From IMG/VR virus record IMGVR_UViG_2671180417_000024: 7,248 nt of DNA; one strand, given 5' to 3'. The position numbers were made by a program, and so were the translations under genes. Below the pieces are notes generated by a model that did no database searches, was not told where the DNA came from, and saw only the letters and a program-made list of their open reading frames with translations. Origin of the DNA: a virus. Lineage: Duplodnaviria > Heunggongvirae > Uroviricota > Caudoviricetes. Positions 1-5,865 of the stretch are shown in pieces (position 1 is the first letter of the stretch; every line of letters starts with the position of its first letter).

Positions 1-171
1 TCAATAAATCCCATCATTGCGATCAACCTCATCCTTAACCATTGATGCGAGCAGTTCTTCCAGTTTCTGCGCTGACAGCTTTACCTGGTGATCTTCAGCA
101 TCTTCCCGGGCTATTGTGGTTCGCGCAGTGGCTGATTTTGCTGACATCACCACAGGGGGCAGACGGACCAT
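1..171 (-). CDS. Hypothetical small protein (56 aa from the internal ATG), function unknown
   Basis: The ORF-track ORF 1..282 begins at a TTG lying inside the hairpin repeat. The first ATG (171) is preceded by GGAGG with a 10-nt spacer and gives MVRLPPVVMSAKSATARTTIAREDAEDHQVKLSAQKLEELLASMVKDEVDRNDGIY, ending at a TGA at 1-3. I recognise no family for it. Confidence 0.3.
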   Translation of the reverse strand: MVRLPPVVMSAKSATARTTIAREDAEDHQVKLSAQKLEELLASMVKDEVDRNDGIY

Positions 172-235
172 TGAACCATGGCCTCCGGAACAAATAAGGG
201 CAAAAATAACAACCACTATCGAAAGCTCACAAACT

Positions 236-451
236 AACCGCAGCACGTTCCTGCATACGACGTGTCTGCGGCATAATCCCAATGATTACTCCCTGACAGG
301 GTTTGCAGGCCACTCAATATCAGGTGCAGTTGATGTATCAACACGATTCAACAATACCCGATATTTATTCCATGCCTCCAGCAACGATCTTTCTTCCTCC
401 GTTGCGATTTCCAGATCTACAGCATCCTGCAGTGGCGCAATATACTCACTG
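236..451. repeat. Direct repeat copy A (3' end of the tfa-like ORF plus a degenerate copy of the hairpin), about 90% identical to 1286-1500
   Basis: Same alignment as copy B. The hairpin copy here (242-275) has lost perfect symmetry: CCGCAGCACGT versus ACGTGTCTGCGG with a 1-bp insertion. Confidence 0.85.
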
Positions 452-555
452 AATTCCTGGATGTAGAACTGTGTGGTGACGGTCTTCCAGCCATTCGGCT
501 CCTGCTGTATCGAAGCATACCAGGCTATTTCAATATCGCTATGCTGCGGCAGCAT
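286..555 (-). CDS. Short Tfa-like protein: novel 35-aa N-terminus fused to a conserved tail-fibre-assembly C-terminal segment (possible tfa remnant or alternative mini-chaperone)
   Basis: 89-aa ORF with SD-like AAGGGG 4 nt upstream of the ATG. The C-terminal ~51 aa ([51 protein letters not shown]) differ from the tfa C-terminus at about 5 positions; the N-terminus [35 protein letters not shown] is unrelated to tfa. Confidence 0.55.
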   Translation of the reverse strand: MLPQHSDIEIAWYASIQQEPNGWKTVTTQFYIQEFSEYIAPLQDAVDLEIATEEERSLLEAWNKYRVLLNRVDTSTAPDIEWPANPVRE

Positions 556-563
556 TTAACCCC

Positions 564-592
564 TTGTAATTCATCGCCATAATTGATTTAAT
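564..592 (+). promoter_or_regulatory. Candidate sigma-70 promoter for the methyltransferase gene
   Basis: -35 TTGTAA (564-569), 17-bp spacer, extended -10 TGaTTTAAT (584-592), in a 56-bp AT-rich divergent intergenic region. Predicted start site near 599-600. Confidence 0.3.
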
Positions 593-611
593 TCACAAAT
601 AAAACTATAAC

Positions 612-1280
612 ATGGTGAAATCAATGAAAAAAAACACAGATGATGGGGCTAAAATTTACACACCACTTACCCTAAAGCTTTATGACTGGTGGGTTTTGGG
701 AGTATCAAATCGGCTTGCATGGGGATGTCCTACAAAGGAACACCTTCTTCCACACTTTCTGGAACATGTAGGTAACAACCATCTGGATATTGGTGTTGGA
801 ACTGGGTTTTACCTTACTCACGTACCTGAGAGTAGTCTGATATCTTTAATGGATTTGAACGAAGCTAGCCTGAACGCGGCATCTACAAGGGCTGGGGAAT
901 CAAAAATTAAACATAAAATTAGCCATGATGTTTTTGAACCTTATCCCGCGGCGTTACATGGTCAATTTGATTCCATTTCCATGTTTTACCTTCTTCACTG
1001 CCTGCCTGGAAATATATCTACAAAAAGCTGTGTAATACGCAATGCGGCGCAGGCCTTAACTGACGATGGAACTCTATACGGAGCCACAATTCTTGGCGAT
1101 GGAGTTGTGCACAATAGCTTCGGTCAAAAACTGATGCGCATTTACAATCAGAAAGGCATCTTTTCAAACACAAAAGATTCCGAAGAAGGCTTAACACATA
1201 TACTCTCAGAGCATTTCGAGAATGTTAAAACCAAGGTTCAAGGTACTGTAGTAATGTTTTCCGCTTCAGGGAAAAAATAG
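612..1280 (+). CDS. Class I SAM-dependent methyltransferase, substrate unknown (horizontally acquired cargo gene / moron)
   Basis: 222-codon ORF on the opposite strand to the tail genes. Motif I LDIGVGTGFY (GxGxG), downstream acidic LMDLNE and FYLLHCLPGN fit a Rossmann-fold methyltransferase. No DPPY/NPPF or PC-Q DNA-methyltransferase motifs. Visibly AT-rich with rare E. coli codons (AGG, CTA, ATA, GGA). The ATG at 612 has no SD; the in-frame ATG at 624 is preceded by GGTGA (614-618) and may be the true start. Confidence 0.85.
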   Translation: MVKSMKKNTDDGAKIYTPLTLKLYDWWVLGVSNRLAWGCPTKEHLLPHFLEHVGNNHLDIGVGTGFYLTHVPESSLISLMDLNEASLNAASTRAGESKIKHKISHDVFEPYPAALHGQFDSISMFYLLHCLPGNISTKSCVIRNAAQALTDDGTLYGATILGDGVVHNSFGQKLMRIYNQKGIFSNTKDSEEGLTHILSEHFENVKTKVQGTVVMFSASGKK

Positions 1281-1285
1281 CATCC

Positions 1286-1500
1286 AACCGCAGCACGTTC
1301 TTGCTTAAGACGTGCTGCGGCATAATCCCAATGATTACTCCCTGACAGGGTTCGTAGGCCACTCAATATCAGGTGCAGTTGATGTATCAACACGGTTCAG
1401 CAACACCCGATACTTTTTCCAGGCTTCCAGCAATGAGGTTTCTTCCTCCGTTGCAATTTCCAGATCTGCAGCATCCTGAAGCGGCGCAATATGCTCACTG
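1286..1500. repeat. Direct repeat copy B (3' end of tfa plus downstream hairpin), about 90% identical to 236-451
   Basis: Manual alignment of 1286-1500 against 236-451 gave roughly 21 mismatches and one 1-bp indel over ~215 bp, in the same orientation. Confidence 0.85.
1288..1320. terminator. Perfect 11-bp inverted repeat hairpin between the convergent tfa and methyltransferase genes (candidate bidirectional terminator / recombination junction)
   Basis: CCGCAGCACGT (1288-1298) and ACGTGCTGCGG (1310-1320) are exact reverse complements, with an 11-nt loop containing CTTAAG. It sits 7 nt after the methyltransferase stop and 14 nt after the tfa stop. On the minus strand a U-run (UAUUUUUUC) follows only after a 9-nt gap; on the plus strand there is no U-run, so terminator function is uncertain. 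Confidence 0.5.
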
Positions 1501-1919
1501 GCTACCTGCATCAGGTTGTTTTTTGTTTCTTCCGCCTCCCGGATCCGGAACAGTTTTTCTGCTTCCGTATCCTTCACCCAGGCTGTGCCGTTCCACTTCT
1601 GAAACTCCCCTTCCGGCGATAACCAGGTAACATTTTCCGGTAACGGACCGAGTTCAGAAATAAATAACGCGTCGCCGGAAGCCACGTCATAAACCGTTTT
1701 ACCCCGATGGTCTTCAAAGAGATGCCACGATGACTCATCACTGTTGAAAACAGCCACGAAGCCTGCCGGAATATCTAACGGTGCAATATCGGTACTGTTT
1801 GCAGGCAGACCTGTATGAGGCGGAATATATGCGCCACCTTCACCAATAAATTCATTAGTTCCGGCCAGCAGATTATAAATTTTTATGGTCCGTGGTTGTT
1901 CACTCATTCTGAATGCCAT
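1335..1919 (-). CDS. tfa: Tail fibre assembly protein (chaperone) Tfa
   Basis: 194-aa [50 protein letters not shown]…WPTNPVRE is near-identical to lambda Tfa as I recall it. Its ATG overlaps the stf stop as TAATG (position 1919 is shared). Confidence 0.95.
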   Translation of the reverse strand: MAFRMSEQPRTIKIYNLLAGTNEFIGEGGAYIPPHTGLPANSTDIAPLDIPAGFVAVFNSDESSWHLFEDHRGKTVYDVASGDALFISELGPLPENVTWLSPEGEFQKWNGTAWVKDTEAEKLFRIREAEETKNNLMQVASEHIAPLQDAADLEIATEEETSLLEAWKKYRVLLNRVDTSTAPDIEWPTNPVRE

Positions 1920-4900
1920 TATGCAAGCCTCACAATATAGTTAAATGCGATGTTTTTGACGGTGTTTTCCGCGTTACCAGCAGCGTTAACGGTGATGGTG
2001 TGTCCATGTGAACCAATCGCAACGGAGTGCGCATGAGCACCAATTGGAACAGAGTGCGCATGGTTACCTGTAGTGCTTGTGGCACCAGACCAGGTTCTGG
2101 AAGCGTTAAAGTTTACAGGAACACCATAAGTAAATTGAGAGCCCGTAAATCCATGGGCTGGCGCAGAGCCACCCAGTGTAAATGCTCCACTTGCTGTATA
2201 GAAATTACCGCTATCACTTCTGAAGTAACCGAGAGTACCGGTAATTTCCATAGTGCCTCGGCTGTGGTTATGGTCACCAGTGGCATTTGAAGACTTAGTA
2301 CCATAATCAAACGACGACGTGGTTTTCGTCCCCAAATCCGTACTGGATGCACTGGCGCTGTGGGTGTGCGATTTAATGCCGTCCTGTTCCTGAGATAATA
2401 CGGCTCGACCACTGGCAGGTTTGCCCTTAATCGTCCAGCCACGCATATCAGGGATCACGCCTGACGGATAAGCAGCTGCAAGTTTCGGGTAAGCAGATTT
2501 GTCAAAAGTCTGCCCCTGCATCAGAGCATAACCAGACGGAACGGTATCTGATGGCCACGGGATTGGTGCGCCGACTGGGTAGCTTTCTGGTGGAAGATTT
2601 TTCGAGGTATAAACTTCTGCCCAGTCTTCCTCAAAACCATAACCGTCTCTTGAAGAACGGTAGAACAGACCACGATTTCTGTAATGCGCCTTCATCTGCA
2701 GGGTCCGGCAACTTCCGACTCCGGTATAGAAGTTAACCAGAATATAGCTGTCGCCAGAGCGGGTGACATTGTAAGCGCCTGATTCGGCATTCCAGGGAAC
2801 GGCTCCATCCGAATCCGCATAAGCCCCCGTCGAACGTCGGGCAAATGCACCAATATTTTCCGGCGTGAGGTTAATATCCGCCGAGCCATCAAACTTAACA
2901 CCGTTAATTTTTGGGACTGCCGCAAGTTTCGTCGCGGTATCGGCGTTCCCCTTCAGTGCCCCGGTGATCCCATCAGTAACAGACAACGGACCTGAAATAG
3001 TCCCTCCAGTCGTTGGCAGCGCTCCAATATCTGATGGTGTAGGTTTCTGATGTGAGCTATACATCGTATAAACAACACCACCGGTAACGCTGGAAGGCTT
3101 ACTCGCTGAATATGTTGGCGAGGTATAAATAGAAACTGACGCATTTGTAGTACAATCCCAATGGATATTTACACTCGTCGCATAATTGCCAATCTCAACG
3201 TAAATATCATATGTATCGCCGGATGTGTTGATCCAGGCGAAATTCGTTAATCCGACGGCTGTACGCTTCCACAAAGCTCCGGTAATCCCTTTGGGCTTTC
3301 CATTGCCTGCTCGTAGAACCAGTTCTGAAATGCCTGCCTGCTGTGGGGAGCCGACGTTGTAACCAGCGTCACCAATCAATGCGATGTAAACGATGGAACT
3401 CGCTTGTGGCATGGTAACCGTTGCCAGTTTGAACCACCCTGCCCCGCCAGAGAAAGAGATCGTTACTGAATTTAAAGTGCCAATATCTTTCGGTGTTAAT
3501 GTTATATCCGCAGTCAGTGCTTTCCCGTTAACTTTTCGGTTAGATGGTACCCTGCCATTCGCATTGTCATTCGCTGCTTTAACTGCCTTCGGTGTCGCGG
3601 CAAGCGTTTCAGATGTGCTGTTGGTTGCACTGCTGAGCTGTACTATCCCCTTTTTCGTCGTACTTGCATCCTCAAGCGCCACGGCGGATGCAATATCCTC
3701 TGCCCGTTTTGCCGCTGTCTCGGCGCGCGTTGCCGCGGATTCCGCCGTACTTTTGCTCTGTGCTGCCGCCGTCGCACTGCCAGTTGCCTCTGTCGCCTTC
3801 GTGGATGCTGTCGTGGCGCTGCCCTTCGCTGCTGACGCCTGTCTGGTCGCCTCATCTTTTGAAGCTGACGCCGATGATGCCGATGACGCCGCCGAACTAG
3901 CGGACGATGCGGCAGCCGTTTTTGAGGATTCTGCGCTGGTTTCCGACGCTTTCGCGTTCGTCTCGGATGTCTTCGCTGCGGAAGCAGACCTCGCTGCTGC
4001 ACTGGCCTGTTCAGTGGCTTCGCCAGCCTTCGTTGTGGCTGTTGAAGCAGACGAGGCGGCACTTTCTGCCGACTTTCCGGCAGCGGTGGCACTGGCTGAG
4101 GCCTGCCCGGCACTTGTTGACGCGGCACTGGCAGATAATGCAGCCGCTGTTTTTGAACCTGCCGCAGCTGAGGCGCTCTGTTCCGCTGCCGTCTCAGAAG
4201 ACTTAGCGTTCGTCTCGGACGTTTTTGCCGCCTTCGCAGAATTTGCTGTCGCCGTTGCCGAGGAAGCTGCGCTGCTGGCGCTCGAGGATGCATTCGTTTC
4301 TGAAGATTTCGCTGCCTCTTTTGAGGCCGCCGCACCCCGTGCCGAGGTGGCAGCTTCTGACGCCTTCGTGGTCGCTGTGGATGCAGAAGTGGCTGCCGAT
4401 TTTTGTGATGCTGCGGCATTCGTTTCTGACGTTTTCGCGGCACTGGCGCTGGTAGCTGCCGCGCTTTTTGATGACTCTGCAGCAGCAGCACTTTTTGCTG
4501 CTTCACGGGCCTTTGTCGATGCCGTTCCTGCGCTGGAAGACGCTGACTGAGCCGACGACGCGGCCTGTCCGGCTGACGTGCTGGCGGCACGTGCTGAGGC
4601 TGCAGCATCGGTTGCATGAGTTGCCGCCTCGCTGGCTGATGCACTGGCATCGCTGGCTGATTTTTTCGCGGCTGCCGTATTCTGTGCAACCGCGGAGGCG
4701 TTACGTGACACCTCTTCCACCATCTGCTCAAAGCGGCGCAGTGCCTCCGGTCGGACATCATCCTCCGTCATGGCACCGAGAAAATCATTCAGCGTACCTG
4801 GTCTGGAACCTTCATAGACGGTAATGGTCCCGGCATGTGAAGGCGGAAAACCTTCAACCAGCAGGGTGACGCTGTACTGACCATACTCGACGTCCATGCT

Positions 4901-5047
4901 GTAACGCCCTGCCTCATCCGGATTTTCAGAGGCCACCGTGTTCACCACCACCGTGCTGCTGGTTCGTCTGGCCTTCAGCACAATGGTGCAGTTCTGTACT
5001 GGTTTTCCTGTGCCATCTTTAAGCACGCCAGAAATTTTTACTGTCAT
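1919..5047 (-). CDS. stf: Side tail fibre protein (lambda Stf-like; mosaic with Ala/Ser-rich repeat shaft, phage-fibre repeat motifs and a T4 gp37-like HxH tip)
   Basis: 1042-aa ORF with SD GGTGGA 6 nt upstream of the ATG. N-terminus [28 protein letters not shown]…[14 protein letters not shown]…[13 protein letters not shown] matches the lambda Stf N-terminus as I recall it. Also present: conserved [24 protein letters not shown] motif and C-terminal GAPIPWPSD…[35 protein letters not shown]…[31 protein letters not shown]. Confidence 0.95.
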   Translation of the reverse strand: MTVKISGVLKDGTGKPVQNCTIVLKARRTSSTVVVNTVASENPDEAGRYSMDVEYGQYSVTLLVEGFPPSHAGTITVYEGSRPGTLNDFLGAMTEDDVRPEALRRFEQMVEEVSRNASAVAQNTAAAKKSASDASASASEAATHATDAAASARAASTSAGQAASSAQSASSSAGTASTKAREAAKSAAAAESSKSAAATSASAAKTSETNAAASQKSAATSASTATTKASEAATSARGAAASKEAAKSSETNASSSASSAASSATATANSAKAAKTSETNAKSSETAAEQSASAAAGSKTAAALSASAASTSAGQASASATAAGKSAESAASSASTATTKAGEATEQASAAARSASAAKTSETNAKASETSAESSKTAAASSASSAASSASSASASKDEATRQASAAKGSATTASTKATEATGSATAAAQSKSTAESAATRAETAAKRAEDIASAVALEDASTTKKGIVQLSSATNSTSETLAATPKAVKAANDNANGRVPSNRKVNGKALTADITLTPKDIGTLNSVTISFSGGAGWFKLATVTMPQASSIVYIALIGDAGYNVGSPQQAGISELVLRAGNGKPKGITGALWKRTAVGLTNFAWINTSGDTYDIYVEIGNYATSVNIHWDCTTNASVSIYTSPTYSASKPSSVTGGVVYTMYSSHQKPTPSDIGALPTTGGTISGPLSVTDGITGALKGNADTATKLAAVPKINGVKFDGSADINLTPENIGAFARRSTGAYADSDGAVPWNAESGAYNVTRSGDSYILVNFYTGVGSCRTLQMKAHYRNRGLFYRSSRDGYGFEEDWAEVYTSKNLPPESYPVGAPIPWPSDTVPSGYALMQGQTFDKSAYPKLAAAYPSGVIPDMRGWTIKGKPASGRAVLSQEQDGIKSHTHSASASSTDLGTKTTSSFDYGTKSSNATGDHNHSRGTMEITGTLGYFRSDSGNFYTASGAFTLGGSAPAHGFTGSQFTYGVPVNFNASRTWSGATSTTGNHAHSVPIGAHAHSVAIGSHGHTITVNAAGNAENTVKNIAFNYIVRLA
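3640..4710. repeat. Low-complexity, GC-rich coding repeats inside stf (Ala/Ser/Thr-rich shaft with recurring A-A-K-T/S-S-E-T-N-A units)
   Basis: Stf residues ~115-470 are almost entirely A/S/T/K/E, with the motif KTSETNA or KSSETNA occurring four times. The DNA shows recurring near-identical segments (e.g. ttcgtctcggatgtcttcgc, ttcgtctcggacgtttttgc, ttcgtttctgacgttttcgc). This is why long spurious ORFs open in several other frames here. Confidence 0.6.
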
Positions 5048-5061
5048 ACTTTTCCACCAAT

Positions 5062-5093
5062 AAAAAAAGCCCGCAGCAGTGACGCCACGGGCT
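5062..5093 (-). terminator. Intrinsic terminator between lom and stf, abutting the stf ribosome-binding site
   Basis: Minus-strand RNA GCCCGUGGC-GUCACU-GCUGCGGGC (9-bp stem including two G-U pairs; plus coordinates 5069-5092) followed by UUUUUUU (plus-strand A-run 5062-5068), then AUUGGUGGAAAAGU-AUG of stf. Confidence 0.7.
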
Positions 5094-5123
5094 TCAGGAC
5101 AGTGTAACTTTACGTTTCCTCAA

Positions 5124-5158
5124 ACGCAGTTCACCCCATAAGGTGGATGAACCTGCGT
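5124..5158 (-). other. Imperfect inverted repeat / stem-loop in the lom-stf intergenic region
   Basis: Plus strand ACGCAG TTCACC CCATAA GGTGGATGAA C CTGCGT: outer arms ACGCAG/CTGCGT (6 bp) and inner CACC/GGTG pair with bulges. Lies between the lom stop and the downstream terminator. Confidence 0.3.
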
Positions 5159-5198
5159 ATCATAACAATATTTACAGAAGATAAATCGGCGTCTGTTG

Positions 5199-5798
5199 TC
5201 AGAAACGGTATCCGATACCAACAATAAATGCATCCGTTCGCCAGTCGCCACTGCCGGAGCCTTCATAAGCAATATCAATGGCCACGGATTCGGTCGGGTT
5301 AAACTGCACGCCAGCCCCCCACGCCAGAGACGTGTTGCTGTGGCGACCGTCATCACTTCCGGTCAGCACATCGTGCGTTTTCCCCTTGTTGTCAGTTACG
5401 CGGAGATAATCCCCGGAGAAAGTCGACACACGGCTGTAAGCCACACCCGCCATCGAATACGCGCTGAACCATTCATTCACGCGTACAGACGGCCCCGCCA
5501 TCACGCTGAACCAGCGGTTACGCACGGAATCTTCATGCCAGCGGGTATCGCTGTAATGCGTTTTTTGCTCATCTTTGGCATTGGCATAACTGAATGACGT
5601 CACCAGCCCCAGCGTGTCCGTAAATTCATAACGGTATTTCACGTTAATGCCCTTCAGGTCATCACTGCCTGGCATATCAGTATGGGTCTGAAGATACCCG
5701 GCGCTTAGTGTGGACTGATGCTCTGCTGCGCTCGCTGGCGTACCAGCGGCAACCAGCCAGACTACTGCGGACAGAATAACAGCACATAATTTACGCAT
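5199..5798 (-). CDS. lom: Lom-like outer membrane protein (Ail/Lom/OmpX/PagC family beta-barrel), with N-terminal signal peptide
   Basis: 199-aa ORF. N-terminus MRKLCAVILSAVVWLVAAGTPASA/AE looks like a Sec signal peptide. GINVKYRYE and the C-terminal AYEGSGSGDWRTDAFIVGIGYRF with terminal aromatic residue match lambda Lom as I recall it. SD GAGG lies 6 nt upstream of the ATG. Position directly downstream of J is as in lambda. Confidence 0.92.
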   Translation of the reverse strand: MRKLCAVILSAVVWLVAAGTPASAAEHQSTLSAGYLQTHTDMPGSDDLKGINVKYRYEFTDTLGLVTSFSYANAKDEQKTHYSDTRWHEDSVRNRWFSVMAGPSVRVNEWFSAYSMAGVAYSRVSTFSGDYLRVTDNKGKTHDVLTGSDDGRHSNTSLAWGAGVQFNPTESVAIDIAYEGSGSGDWRTDAFIVGIGYRF

Positions 5799-5821
5799 AA
5801 TTACCTCTCGCTTTTCTGCAA

Positions 5822-5849
5822 TAAAAAAGGCGCCATTTCTGGCGCCCGT
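5822..5849 (-). terminator. Intrinsic (rho-independent) terminator between J and lom
   Basis: Minus-strand RNA reads GGCGCCA-GAAA-UGGCGCC (7-bp GC-rich stem, GAAA tetraloop; plus coordinates 5829-5846) followed directly by UUUUUUAUU (plus-strand A-run 5823-5828). Confidence 0.7.
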
Positions 5850-5865
5850 ATATGGGTTATAAAAT

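Noticed and set aside
116-466. Plus-strand 116-aa ORF overlapping both the left-edge small ORF and the tfa-like ORF
   Set aside because: Antisense to two better-supported minus-strand ORFs (one carrying the conserved Tfa C-terminal segment); no SD; unrecognisable product.
612-1280. Orphan DNA methyltransferase (restriction-modification or anti-restriction) or an NleE-type effector methyltransferase
   Set aside because: The protein has no DPPY/NPPF (amino-methyltransferase) or PC-Q (C5) catalytic motif and no target-recognition domain at ~220 aa. It has no resemblance to NleE/OspZ as I recall them. Only the generic class I SAM-binding fold can be supported.
236-1500. Diversity-generating retroelement (template/variable repeat pair targeting the fibre chaperone)
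   Set aside because: The mismatches between the two repeat copies are a mixture of transitions and transversions at positions not restricted to adenines, there is a 1-bp indel, and no reverse transcriptase gene is present in the window.
236-1500. Invertible host-range segment (Mu G / P1 C / e14 P type, Gin/Cin/Pin invertase)
   Set aside because: The repeated tfa 3' ends are in direct rather than inverted orientation, and no serine invertase gene or recognisable crossover site lies in the window. I cannot exclude an ancestral inversion system whose remnants these are.
1373-1630. Plus-strand 85-aa ORF inside tfa
   Set aside because: Antisense to a confidently identified tfa; Pro/Leu-rich, no features.
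2027-3144. Six short ORFs overlapping the distal half of stf (2027..2290, 2113..2442, 2551..2736, 2692..2925, 2865..3050, 2953..3144)
   Set aside because: All are embedded in stf in alternative frames or antisense, with no recognisable protein features.
3393-4824. Long ORFs in other frames and on the antisense strand across the stf shaft (3393..4550 +, 385 aa, Ala-rich; 3643..4761 -, 372 aa, Arg/Pro/Gln-rich; also 3664..3900, 3907..4206, 4225..4455, 4468..4824)
   Set aside because: They lie wholly inside the well-supported stf reading frame, have extreme low-complexity composition produced by reading the GC-rich Ala/Ser codon repeats out of frame, and have no start or SD context. They are artefacts of the repeat region.
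5120-5597. ORFs 5120..5356 (-) and 5196..5597 (+) overlapping lom and its downstream spacer
   Set aside because: Overlap the confidently identified lom frame or run through the terminator and hairpin region; no independent support.
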